DNA of 64,000 nucleotides. It comes from Phoronis australis. Taxonomy: Eukaryota; Animalia; Phoronida. The DNA is taken from the NCBI GenBank assembly GCA_002633005.1, contig NMRA01000029.1, positions 840,086 to 904,085 on the forward strand, given 5' to 3'. Below are positions 1-13,700 of the stretch, one piece after another. The position numbers were made by a program, and so were the translations under genes. The number at the start of each line of letters is the position of its first letter. Position 1 is the stretch's first letter. Under the pieces are notes generated by a model. The model was not told the DNA's origin. It did no database searches and saw only the letters and a program-made list of their open reading frames with translations.

Positions 1-175
1 AATTTAATAGTGAATAACTAATCTGAGGGCATGATAACCTTTGTTAGGATCATCCGCTGTTATGACATTTTTCCCGTCATGTGGCGACGTGACGATAACG
101 CTCTTTGAAAAGTGCTACGCGTTCCGAGTAGGCCTACGACTACGTGTGTGGTGTGGGTACTTAGATCACGAGGTA

Positions 176-352
176 AGATTAACCGCCCAGGGCGCTTGCC
201 TGTCGTATTAAGCGCCCATGTTCGGTTAACCGCCCACCCTGGATTTTTTGAAGTTTCACGTTTAAGCGCCCATGTCTGGTTAACCGCCCACCCCCGATTT
301 TTTGGGTTTGCCAATTTAACCGCCCAGGGCGTTAACCCGAACGTTTACGGTA
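176..352. mobile_element. End of a non-autonomous DNA transposon (MITE-like) with internal TTAA(C/G)CGCCCA repeats
   Basis: Repeated ttaaccgccca/ttaagcgccca motifs ending in ...gaacgtttacggta (reverse complement TACCGTAAAC..., a TIR-like end). A degenerate relative appears near 9759-9842. Confidence 0.45.
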
Positions 353-687
353 TATGATATTTTGTGTATAATATGGAAAGGCTTACCCGAAAGTGGAAGA
401 GTAGTTGGTTTGTGGTTGGTCGACTGTGTGATACTATATGATATTTTGTGTATAATATGGAAAGGCTTACCGGAATCTGAAAGTGCAGTAGGTATGTGGT
501 GGGTCGACTGTGTGATACTATATGATATTTTGTGTATAATATGGAAAGGCTTACCGGAATCTGAAAGTGCAGTAGGTATGTGGTGGGTCGACTGTGTTAT
601 ACTATATATTTTGTGTGTAATATGGAAAGGCTTACCAGAAACTGAATAAGCAGTTGGTAAGTGGTTGGTCGATAGTACGATAGTGTA
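351..687. repeat. Minisatellite, 84-bp unit, ~4 copies
   Basis: tatatgatattttgtgtataatatggaaaggcttacc...gtcgactgtgtgatac starts at 351, 435 and 519, with a shortened fourth copy near 603. It explains the repetitive ORFs 316-690 and 362-649. Confidence 0.92.
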
Positions 688-1749
688 CAAATGTGGACTG
701 ATCTGAAGCGTAATATCAAGTCTTATGGACCGAGTAACACTAATGTTGCTCTCCTCTGGTCCATGTAGTCTGTTGCTTCTGAGGGATCGGTCTATGTTTG
801 TTTTATTACATGACTGCTGATGATTCAGACATGTCAGATGTGCACGTCAGAAAAGCAATGTTGCCAGAAGCTGAAGGTCCATACAACCTGACATTGCATC
901 ATATTTGCATAACATGGTGTGGTATCATGGATTATGTACATTATGTGATGCAAGGATACCAGAAACGAAGTTAACTGAGTGAATGATGTGATACCATATT
1001 GGTCAAGATGATGTTATATTGTGCAATATGGCATGCACAGTTGAACATGGGAAGACAGTTGCAACAGCATCAGCAACTGAAATAGTAATACTGGGTTAGA
1101 GACGCTTAAATCTTGTATTTTCTGGGTTTGTGATTAAATTGGTAAATTGTTAGATATAGTACAGAAAAGGGCTATTGTTGTCGTTGTTTATTTGCTTTTA
1201 GGAAGTCCATCCCACTTTTTGAAGCTTCGTTCCACAACTGCATTCGAATGCCCCGCTTATTTTACATATGCGACGATATTTACAAACGTGTTAATGCTTG
1301 GCTGCATATTTTTGTTTATTTTCGTGATTCTCCATACTAAATACCCCCACTTTCCTTCGGCATGACTAAAAATAAAATAAACAAATGCCGTAGTCAGATA
1401 TTTTCTCCTTCCGGTATCCCAGGTCCAGATATCGTGCTCTTTTTTTGGAATGTTGTCAGTTATGTCAAGAGTTTAGTATTTTTATTCCAATCTCACGCAT
1501 TTTGAAAATAAAGTATGTGGTCCTTTTGTCATTTTAAGCTAACATGTGAAATTTGTCATGTGTCTTCCTTCATATGTTTGTTTGCTTGTTTGTATGTGTT
1601 ATTACTGGAAATGAAAATATTGTTGAAAGATATAAAATACTTGCTGTGCGTTTCAGAAGTTTCAAAATTTTCTTTGTCCCCTCTGAATTCAGAGGACACG
1701 TCCTGTGAGTGTGTCGTTTTTTTTAAATTGTGTTCGTTTGCTCATTTAG

Positions 1750-4700
1750 GCCGAGAAGCAGCTGGAGCTTCAACTGTTCAAACTGTACCACAATGAGCAG
1801 GATATTGATGCCCTGGGGGAGGAGCTGGCCGCCCGGGGGCAGGAGTTGGAGAAGCACAACCGCAAGAGAGAGAAGATTGAGAATGAGATGAAGGATAAAA
1901 AGAAAGAACAAGGAAAGCTGCAGAGAGACCTGGCCAGGATGGACCAGAAGTTGAAGGAGTCGGTCAGTACTGAGGGTTGTGGGAGATTTATGTGAGCGTA
2001 GTGGGAAAGGTAGTGGGTAGATAAGTACAAGGACACTACATCTGCAGTTGAAGGTGCTCATCACTAAACAGTAACTCCATCTAGTGTTTGGGGAGCATGG
2101 GACTAGTATCTCCATATAGTGTTGGGCTATGGAACTGGTACCTACATATGGTGTTCGACATGGAACTTGGAACTCCATCTTGTGTTTGGGCACGCAACTA
2201 GTCAGTTATCATTTGATGACACACATTGCATTCGGTGCAAATTGCAACTCTCTAAGATAATGCTTTAGCTCTTCGACAGTATTGTCTTTGTTTAGTTCCA
2301 AGCTCAGAATTTCTTATCTGAGCAACAGTTTGTTTAGTGTTTTTTTTTAAATCACCAAGGCAATTTGATGGTCCATGAGTAGGTATCTATTTACAGTTAT
2401 TGTGAACGGACTTTTGGAGATTTTCTATTTACTTTGTTGTTTTATTCCAGGAAGTTGAGTTGAACAAGAAGCGACCTCTTTACATTAAGGCCAAGGAAAA
2501 GACTGCTCACATGGTGAAGAAGTTGGAAGCAGCACGGAAGTCTCTGAAGAGTGCACAGAAGGCCCATGATAGCCACGCCCAGGAGGTAGGAGGGGTTATT
2601 AGTGATTGACAGGTTATTTGCTGATTGGGTCAGTCTGGCACTTAAGTGCAAGCTAATTGCTAGTTTTGTCTTTAGTGGAATTTGCATGATAATGGTAGAA
2701 ATACGTGTTGCATCGATGTGATTATGAATTGAAGTAGATTTTGCTAAATATTCTGAGAACAAGTTTTGCCAAAAATGATCTGCTGCAAATCACCGACCTG
2801 CGTCCAACAAGTACCGTGACTTTGTGATGGGAAATTTGAATACCACTGCAGCTCAGATAGCACAGCATGTGTTAAGTAGTATTACTGTTTATTTGCTGCT
2901 ATTCCTTTCCACAGTTTGGAGCAATTCAGGTTTTTTGATTTTTTAATACTCAAAGCTACGTTTCCTTACATTCTCTTATAATAGTTTCTAGAAAAATTAA
3001 TCGGTGTCCCTAGAAAAATCTGAAACATTGCGGATGACTTCAACATGTTTGTGAAAAAATTCAAAACTTTATAAATTTGTGTCTTATTTCAGCTCCAAAC
3101 TATTTGAAACTGATCAAAAATGGTCTAAAAAATAAGAATTCTATGACTTAAACATGACTGTCAGACTTTAGGAGTTATGCAGTTCAAATTGTTTATACAA
3201 TGCACTCTCATTTGTAATGTAGCAAATTTCTTATTCCAAGAAGGAGTAGTCTAAATATTGAATACTCACTCGTTGACAGATTGCCCAGCTGGACAATGAG
3301 ATGGAAGAAGTTGAGAAGAGACGTGCCGAGTTTGAGGAGCAGATAGAGCAGGAGTCTCAGTCACAGGGGCGGGACATGATCTTGGAGGAGGAACAGGTAG
3401 GTGGTGTGCGAAGTGTTGGGTGTGAATTCATGTCTTGGAGTAGGAACAGGTAGGTGATTTGGGTAGTGTTGGGTGTTAAGTCATTTCTAGGAGGAACAGA
3501 TTAGTAGGATTCTCAGTTTCAGGGTTGCGCATGATCTTAGAGGAGGAGCAAGTATGGTTGTGGGTAGTGCTGGGTGTTGAGTCATGTCTTGACTCTGCAA
3601 ATAAACAAAATAGAGAAACTCAATAGCAGCATTTGGGCTTGACAATGTATAGTAAACGACAATTGTGTCATGTACAGGAACGTTTTACGTCTCGTTGAAG
3701 TAAAATTGGAACTATGTCTTGTACAATCGTAGAATTGTGAGTCTATCATTTATAATCATTTTGGTTAGCTGTATTTTGTATTGCTACCCAGTTCTACTTT
3801 AGAGGAAAATATTCTAATTAAAGTGATTACCTCATAAATTTACAACAGGTGCTGTCTATATTGCTCACTAGCACACAAAAGTGTTGAGATTATTTCCTTA
3901 CGCCAGCCTGGGGGAGTCTCGACTGTTGTTGTCACCCTATAGCTGTCCTTAAATATGGCGTCAATCTTATTCTCACTGTGTCCCCTTTGTGCCCAGGTAC
4001 AAGAGTACAACCGTCTGAAGGAGGAAGCTGGCAAGCGGTCAGCTCAGTACTCACAGGAGCTGGAGACGGTCATGCGTGACCAGAAGGCTGACCAGGACAA
4101 AGTGGACAATGAAACTCGTAAGAAGAACGAGCTGGTGGCGCGTATTAAGCAGAAGGAAAATGAACTTGAGGAGAATAAGAAGAGGGTGGAGAAACTGAAT
4201 GAATACATCAAGTAAGGGTCATGGGTTGGGTTCAGGGGTTGGGTTCAGGGGTTAAGGTCGTGCAAGGTCAGAAAGCATGCATGTTTTGCTGAAAGGGTAT
4301 TGTTTTGGTAAGAAGGAAAATAAAGAGGGTGGAGAAATGAAACCAATATATTAAGTAAGGGTCAGAGGCCATAGATCAGGTGTTATGGGTCAGGGTTGAG
4401 TGTACAGGTTAAAGAACGAGAATGAATTTGAAGTTAATAAGAGGTTCGAGACATAATAAATGGATCTGTCAAGTTAGGACCAAATGAATACATTTAGCCT
4501 GTGTCGGGACGAAGTGAGGGTGAAAGGGTATAGTTGTGTTTGTGTGTGAATGCTTTGATGCATGGGTTAGAATGCATAAACAATCCAAGTGAAGATCCAG
4601 CCAAATGAGGACAACAGTCAGTGTTGTATATTCAGGAAAATAGTTTCCAAAAGCTGACTACCTTGCTAAACGTTGAAGTTTTAGGAAGTGCTTCCTGACA

Positions 4701-7700
4701 GCTTTACAATCATGGAAACCACGCTGCTCAGTGTATGTGTTACAACTAAAAAGAAAATGAACTTCATTCTGAATAATATTGGGACGTGGGTGAAGAATTA
4801 CTGCAAATTTTGATTTTTTTTTCTCAGGACAAGTGAAAGATCCATTAATGAGCAGAAGAAGACTGAGGCTGAGTTGGCTGTTAGCGTAGAGACGGCAAAG
4901 ACCCGTGTCGCTGAGATCAACGATGACCTGAGTGAGGTCACAAAACAGCTGGGTGACGCCAAAGTCGACAGACACGAGTCCTCGCGACAAGTGAGGCGGG
5001 CCGAGCTACTGGAGAACTTGAAGCGGTTGTTCCCAGGGGTGGTAAGAACTTTTCACAAAGATTCTCTGTGTTTATTTTTGCCTTCAATGAAGATTGGCAG
5101 TCACTTTATGACTGTAACTATTGAACACCATAAACTATTCAGACAGGAAAATTATCTTGTATTAAGTTATCTAATGTAACAAATGCAATGTCTTTCAACC
5201 ACATTTGTGACCGAGTGTTTATGGTAGAGAAAGCATTTGAGTGGATCAGGTGGAGTACAATACCAACTGTGGGTTCCAGATGTAGTACAATACCAACTGT
5301 GGGTTCCAGATGTAGTACAATACCAACTGTGGGTTCCAGATGTAGTACAATACCAACTGTGGGTTCCAGATGTAGTACAATACCAACTGTGGGTTCCAGA
5401 TGTATAAAATGTAAAAGAAAAATCCTAAAAACACGATCAAGCTCAACTGTCAGACCTATGTTATTTTAAAAACCATACTACTTTCCCATAACTGCTTTGC
5501 TTGATGACATGAAGGGACAGTCGATGGAAAGTGGTGTGGTTGTTAAAACACATTGGTCCTACAGATGTGGTTAGTCATGTTTTTAGGGTTTTTTACATCT
5601 GGAAGTACTTCAGGTCCATGATTTAATTAAAGTAAACAGTTTTTAATTGAATTACTTCATGTTTTCACACTTCGAAAGTTATCCGCTTTTAAAACTCCCT
5701 CAGGTGTGAGCCAGATCATGTTTTCAATTGTCCATAATTGAATGGTTCAAATTACTTGTTTTTTTATTAATTTTATTCTAATGTCTGATTTCAGTACATA
5801 AAATATCTGATTTTGTCACCTCAGATATAACTCATTGATCAATGTTCTTCATTGTGTGTAATATATAGTTTTTCTCTAAATCCTCTTTTTATTATCTTAC
5901 ATCAGTTTGGGTAATAGTCACTTGGATTCCCACATTTTGATAACCAATATTTTCCACTGAATAACAGACATCAAACTGGTTCTCAAAATTTGGGACACCT
6001 GTCAGTGAATGCCTCAGTTCGTTTAAGGTAGTGGTGAGCATAATTATGAGACTAAATAACATTGTCCTATGTTGGAAATCATGAAACTGGATGGGTAACC
6101 TTGTCTTATGGGAAATTTTAAGACTGGGGAACTTTGTCTTATTATGGAAAATCATAAGACTGGATAACCTTGTTCTGTTATGGGAAATTGTAAGACTGGG
6201 TAACTTTGTCTTATTATGGAAAATTATAAGACTGGGTAACCTTGTTCTGTTATGGGAAATTGTAAGACTGGGTAACTTTGTCTTATTATGGAAAATTATA
6301 AGACTGGGTAACCTTGTTTTATTATAGGAAATTGTAAGCTGGATAACCTTGTCTTTATCTGAAATTATGAGACAAAATAACATTGTCTTATATTGGAAAT
6401 AATGAGACTGGATAACTTCGTCTTATGGGAATTTGTAAGGCAGAGTATCTTAGTCTTATTATGGATAATTATAAGACTGGGTAACCTTGTTTTATTGCGG
6501 GAAATTATAAACTCGGTAACCTTGTCTTATTCACAGTTTGGCCGACTGATGGACATGTGTGAGCCCAGTCACAAGCGTTATCAGATCGCCATCACCAAGG
6601 TGCTTGGCAAATACATGGACGCCATTGTGTGTGACTCGGAGAAGACCGCTAAGGACTGTATACAGTACATGAAGGAGCAGAGGATTGAGCCGGAAACGTT
6701 CCTGCCTCTTGACTATGTAGAAGTGAAGCCTGTCAATGAGAAACTCCGGTAGGTAATAGTGCAGTGTGTTTTATGTAGTTGTTTTCAGAATAGACTGAAC
6801 AGCATTAAAATTCAACAAAGTTTTGAGGCACGAAACCACTAAATTTCCATTTCTTCTGGACAAGAACACATTTCAATTCTGGTAAATTTTGGACAAAATC
6901 TTGACAGGACACTACCCACTTATGTCTTGCAAGTCTTGAATATAACATAATGAACTGTTAGCTGCTAGGCACAATATTGTCATATTAAAATGACTGAAGT
7001 TCAACAAAAATGCCTTTTACTATAGCGACAAATGTTTGGCTAAGTTGCAAGTAATTCTGGCGAGAAGCTCGTCCATGTTTGGCAGAGTCTGACAGAATTC
7101 TGTCGAAGTCTGTCTAGTTTATTTTGAGAACTACTGTACCTGAAATGGCCTGCATTACAGTACAAACCAAAAGTAATCAGACAAAATACCATTTCCTTGC
7201 CTTAACGTGTTGTTCTAGTTACTTTCATGGTGAATTCTGATTGCATTCAGGTGTCATGACAAGAAATTCCAGGTCATTTGTTTGATTATTTTTCCCCATA
7301 CCGTAAAATGTCTTACAGACAAATTTTGAAGCTATTGACTTGCACTGTGAGATAAATGGGAATACTGTGAGGTGTTGAGTGCTAGAAATGGTGCTCGATG
7401 GGGATACCCCCTTCAGGAGGGGTTGTTGAAATCTCTTAGGAATTTTTAATTAGTATCACCGCATTAGTGAAATAACGCAAGTGGTGACTTTTCTGCCCGG
7501 AGTGCTGGGGAGGGCTGATGTATAATCCGTTTTCCTTGGTGGCTGGCTACCCCTTGTCACTTTGTCCATGTTTGGATGCTGCTTCGTTTGCACCCGATCA
7601 ACAACAAAATCACAAACTGTATTGTACATGAACACAGGTCTGCTTCATACGCACTGTTCTACCAACACTATTTGATGTCTATTAGATCACGCGACCTGGT

Positions 7701-10700
7701 AGTGCGTTGAAACAATGAATACCTCTTGATTTAATCAGGGAAATCCGTGAGCCTCGTAATGTCAAACTTGTCGTTGACGTCATTCGCTACGATCCGCCTG
7801 TCATCAAGAAAGCCTTGGTCTTCGCATGTGGAAACTCACTGGTCTGTGAATCTGTGGAAGATGCAAGAGTGGTGGCTTTTGGGAAACAAGAACGGCATAA
7901 GGTAAGCAAGGACACTTGTGGGCTATCTGTTATGGGTGTGCTGTGTGGTCTTGATCTTCTCTTATTTTGCTAAAAAAATAATTGCCAAAATTGTTGCATA
8001 GCCGGTAACTTTGACGTGTGTATTGGTTTAAATGCAATAATCTTCACTAAGCCGATATCATAAACTGCAAAGAACTACATCGTACATATTAAGAAAACAT
8101 TGACTTGCTTTTTTCAGACTGTGGCCCTGGATGGTACACTGTTCCAGAAATCTGGTGTAATTTCCGGTGGTGCCAGGTATGTAGGTTTTTGTGTAACCTT
8201 AATTTAATATTTGGTTTGATAGCTACTGTATCAAATAATCTTGCGAATCAGTGACATGCTGAATCTGTTGTCTTTTTTCAATCATGCAATTTGCCCCCCC
8301 CCCCAGAAACCACCACATCAGAGCATATCAGCAAAGAAATTGCAATTAGAATTGGACTTTTATGGACTTAGTCACTGAAGAGTGTAGCTTGTGGAAGTTC
8401 TTGACTCCCACCAAAAGGTGTGTTTGTTATGGATACTGTTCTACTGAGTGCTGAGAGAACCGCCTGTCTAGTTTTAAGCTTGAATAGTCATTTTCGCTAT
8501 AATAGCAGACTGTACATATTACCGCTGATTAAGTCCAACTTGTTAAGTAAATTCAGTTGTCAGGTGATTTAATCTTCATTTATCCAAAAACTGTTAAAAT
8601 GAAGTTCCGTGTGTATGCAAGATCATTCTGCCTTACAGTGTATTGTGTCAACACGAATACAACTTTGCAGTATGAATGGTTTTCTGCGCTTGGGTCACTC
8701 GAGACAGAGCCCACGCTATACACCCTGTTCAGTCACTACTGCGAATACTGTCCAACTTTTCAGATGCATTTCTTCAGCACAAGATTGGTCTAATGACACA
8801 ATTAGAGTGGAACTAGTCTGTGTTGCGTTAATAAAAGCATTCGTTCGTCATATGCAGCTTTGTTGTATTTGACCCCTTGCTGCTACATTACATGCAGTTT
8901 AATGTCCACCTTTGTTAAAGTTAGTACTTTTTAGCATAGTGTTGTATTCCGAGTATAAAAACTTGCTTTTTTCTTCTCTGCAGTGATCTGAAAGCCAAAG
9001 CTCGCCGCTGGGACGAGAAACAGTTAAATCAGCTGAAACAGCGCAAAGAGAAACTGACCGATGAGCTGAAGGAGCAATTGAAGAACAAGAGGAAGGAATC
9101 TGAACTGAACACCATCAGGTCACAGATCAAGGGTCTGGAGACTAGGTTGAAGTACTCCATCAATGACAGGGATGCTACGGTAGGTATAAGTGGACACACT
9201 CTTAGTGTTAACTTTGGGTCCTCTGAGCTGACCTCAATCAGGTCACAGATCAAGGGTCTGGAGACTAGGTTGAAGTACTCTATCAGTAACACAGTTGCTA
9301 CGGTAGGTATTACCAGACACGTTATTGGTCTGTTGCCTTCTGTGTTCCTTTAATTGGATGCTTGGAAATGACTGATGATTAGCATCATGGAAACCAGTGT
9401 TTACCACCCTCATTAATAATGTTTTTAAAAGTTGTTTGAGGAAAAATGTTTCATTAAATCGTTACAAAGTCATTGTTACTAATTGCAGTGATATTTGTCT
9501 GCTTTTTACTCAACTTCATAATTATTAACAGTTTGTCCTCTTTCATTTCAGGAGAATCGCCACATTGCCAACAACAAAAAGGAGTTGGATTCCCTGAGAG
9601 GAAAGCAGTCTCACTTTGATGTGAGTTTAGCTCTGTGCTGTTGTATATCTAGTAATGATTGTTATAAGAATAGTAAAAATAATTGTCTATCTAGTGCTCT
9701 TATCACCAGATGACTGAGCAATCTTAGTTTTTGGTTATCTTATTCTCAAACTTTCTCATACCGTAATCGTCTAGCTCAATGCCCATCCTAAAATTTTCAA
9801 ATTTTCACTTTTAAACACTCTGCTCGGTTTAGTGTTCACTCCAAATTTATACAAACAAAACTTTTTAGAAAAAGCTAGTATCTTTGTGAACACCAGTCAC
9901 ACAAGAACTTAAGCTTCTCAATTTCCCCAAACTTAAGCAACTGGATTACCTTTGGGTCATTAGCTTACTTATTTAAAAGTTTTGCTGTGGAGTATATACA
10001 ATAGCACTTTTTCCATTGTCTTTTATAGCCTCAGATTCGGGAAATGGACGATCGCATGGCTGCCCGTGGCCTTGAACTGAATGAACTAAGAGAGAAAATG
10101 AATACTGTGGAGGATGAAGTGTTCAGAGAGTTCTGTCTACAGATTGGTGTTGATAACATACGGTGAGTAGACACATTTTTCTTCAGAGGGTCTTAAATTT
10201 ATTGTCTTAATTTATTTTTTATACACAAAAAGACAGTTAATCATTGTGACCACCACATGATTCTGTTTGTTTATAAGAATCAATGTAATGTGTTTTGTAA
10301 TAAAGCTTATTCAATTTTACATAGAAGCAGCTAAAACCGCGTTCCTCCCGAGAAGCAAACTGAGACTACTTACTGCGATAAAATTGATCCAGACTCGTTT
10401 CTTACTCTGATGAGAGGTGACTTGTGGGTTTGAACTGTCACTTTGGGATACCTTGAGACCGTGCTTACTGCATGATATGACATGATATGACAAACTGTCA
10501 CACGGCAACTTGTAGAGCCTGATCTCACCCAATAATGTAACGTCAGTTTTGTGGAAGCTCAAAAAACACCACCAATTTGGCCGAGGAAGAATTTGATACC
10601 TATTTCACAAGTTAGTGATGTAAATCAAAAGTTGGTTTTTGTGAGGAGTGTGGGTTTATCATCACTTTAAGTTTTGCTGTTAAAATAAAAATTCATTTTC

Positions 10701-13700
10701 ATTTTCTGAGTCTGCCTTGTGGGGCTTAAGTGAAACATGTTTTCAGATTTTAAACCATGCCAAAGGAATAATTGTTGCATGAATGCATATTTTCCAATTC
10801 CAGCCAGTACGAAGAGCGTGAACTTCGCGTGCAGCAGGAAAGAGCCAAAAAGAGGTTGGAATTCGATAACCAGAAGTCTCGTTTGCAGAACCAGTTGGAG
10901 TTTGAGAAGTCACGTGACACAAAGGGTAGTGTTAAGAAGTGGGAGAAGATCGTGCGCGAGGACACAGCAGAACTGGAGAAGTTGAAGAATGAGGAAGACA
11001 ACCAGATGAAGGTCAGAGGTCGAGGAGTTCGCAAGAGTTGTACAGTTTCACCATCTATTGTTTGGGATGGGAACCAGTCTGTTCCTTAGCATAACAGCCA
11101 TGTTACTTTCCTTTAAAAAAATTTAATGCAGTGTTGTTTATTTTTTTTGCTCTCTGAACTTATTCCAAACAATGCTAGGGTGAGATCTATGACAGTTTTT
11201 GTTTTCTTTTTTTGTTCAATGGCCCTTGTTAGTCTTACATTTGGATAATAGTGCGAGAGTGGCGTTTCACCTTCAAATGTTGTTCATAGGAAATCTGTGA
11301 ATACATGAGTTTTGTTCCCAAGATTGGAAATGATTTCCTTTTAAAAAACAAACATCTTTTGTTATCAATAGTGTAAAACTTAAGATAGTAGTGCGGCAAT
11401 GATGTTCTCGTAAGTACAAGTTGGGCATCTTAGGAAAATGGGTCAGTTTTGTGGCATTTGTTGTTTTCCAATCAGTGCAGAGAGGGGTGCAGCCTTCAAA
11501 TTAGCCCTGTTTGATGTGCAAGGAATATGTGAATTTATGTCTAATACTGGTTTACACAAGGAGTCTGGCAGAATGTTTATAATTTTTAGCCACCCTGAAT
11601 TGGCAAATGGGTTTGAGCAGTACATGCAAATGTTTTGATTTTCGTAATTCTGTTTCTTCCTTTTTCCAGGTTGTGGATGATGAAATGAGAAACGCCGAGA
11701 AACTAAAGCAGTCACGCATCACCATGAAGTCGGACATTGACGACAAGGAGACGGAGGTCGGCGAGATCCGCAAGAGACTCAGTGTCCAACAGAAGGAGAT
11801 GCAGGCTGTTCAGAAGGCTATGACGTCACTGGAGACGAGGATTGAGCAGAAGAAGGCTGACAGGCACAGTCTGCTCAAGTCTTGCAAGGTGGGTAATGAT
11901 AAAATTCAAGGCCGGGGACAGGGTCTTATCTGTTGAAGGGGAACTCCAACTCGAAAATTGATCAGTTGTGTGGCACACTTCGAGGAAACTTAGAAATCAG
12001 TATTCTAATCCTGCAGCGTGATTGGTCCAGTTTCAAATCTGAGTTTAGGGAATATATCCTGGGCCCGGATTGATGTTACTCAATTCACCTGCTGTATAGA
12101 CTAAAAGTGCTTGGGTCGATTTGCATTAAATTTTGCGCACTTCATGGTCTCCAGCCACACCAAAAAATGACTCAATATCCCAAAAATGGGGTCATGTGAT
12201 TACAAACAATCATGCAATGTTTGAAGGCCTTAATTAAGGATTTTCCATTTCTCAATAATTGTGAAAAATTGCAAGGTCAATGGAAATGAAACAAAAATTT
12301 TCACAAAAACGTATTTCAATATAAACATAATTATATTCTCTGTCACATGCGTCATTGAACATTAAACAACCAATAAATGGTTTCACTGACTGTATTTTAT
12401 CGGTTGACAAATAACATGATGACCATTCCCTTGAAAAGTGAAAGCGTTTTTCACTTCCAGATGGATGACATTCGTCTTCCCATGAATAGAGGAACTATGG
12501 AGGATATCAGTCAAGAGGGAGAGGTACCTAGCTCTAGTCAAGTGGACCCTTCCAGTCAGGCTGAAAGTACTGCAGGTTTGTGATGCTCATTACATGGGTG
12601 GGGGTAGTCCTTGTCTATTAGGCTTCTCCTTTATAGTAGAGTGGACTCTTCCAGTCTGGCTGAATTACTGCTGGTTAGTGAAATTCGTGAATAGGATGAA
12701 GACTCTATGCACATGGAGAGGTACAACCTCAGCTGGCTGCTTCAGGTGTCACTTGCCTCATCATTATTACCCGCAAACACCGAGGCAAAATGCTCAATGA
12801 CTTATAAACTACATTTGTAATAATCGCCATGAAAGTAGTACATGCGGTTACAATGCGTGAGCTAGAGAGATTTATGGAGGTCACGTGATGCAGTTATTGA
12901 TTTTCATTGGCTAACCGATAGATTGGACTGAGCACTTGGCGCCTTGCCTGCATGCCATTCTGATACATGCTCGTGGGGTAAAAGAATTTCAACAAGTGAT
13001 ACATTAGCTGCGTCGCAATACGTAATCCTCATATTGGCATAGACGCTAGTATATAAGCTTTCTTGAATTTGAGGCTCGTAACTTTGGGTGTGCGGTGAGT
13101 CGAACTGTTTTGACCACGTATGGGCCTGTACCAATACGTGGGCTCTCCCAGTGAGACTCAAAGTCTAGTAGCCTTTTATTACACATTTTTTCTTGAATCA
13201 GGTTTCAGTAATGTCTTGGTTTTATCATGCGGAAAAATGTTAATCCCAAAGTTTCTGGAAACTTAATGGAATATTTCCCCACCGTTGCGTAATCACCCAG
13301 TCTTTTCTACTGGGGTTGATGGGTGTCTGGTTGCTGTGAAAATCGCATCGTTCTCTGCCGAGGCAGCTGTGCACTGTGAGGGAAAGCGTTTCTGTAGTTT
13401 CTAGGCATTTTAAGATTCATCTGTCCATCATCTGATGTCGGTTTTTGAAGAAGAACTCTTGCAGAGAAACTCCATTGATTTTTTTTTGATCAATTGAAAA
13501 GTTATGATGAACAACGTCCTGTTTACAAAATAAAATCTTGGCATTTGCATAATCACGTGAAGTTTTCAGGTTATTACTTCATTTCATGTTGTGCTTTAAC
13601 AGGTCCAGACAGTTTAACAAGCCAGGGTGCCAAAGCAATATATGAAAGAGAAGCAAAAATAGTCCTGGACTACGACAATCTTGATGACGACTTAAAAGAG

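Noticed and set aside
316-690. Repetitive ORFs of 124 aa and 95 aa
   Set aside because: They are translations of the 84-bp intronic minisatellite, with no splice or homology support.
5254-5403. 30-bp direct repeats resembling a CRISPR array
   Set aside because: The repeats are contiguous with no spacers, there are no cas genes, and the context is a eukaryotic intron.
5892-6383. 163-aa minus-strand ORF with 20-aa repeats
   Set aside because: It is a by-product of the 30/60-bp minisatellite.
10400-10470. CTGATGA hammerhead-like cores (also near 25459 and 37410)
   Set aside because: No correctly placed GAAA after stem II and no convincing stems I and III.
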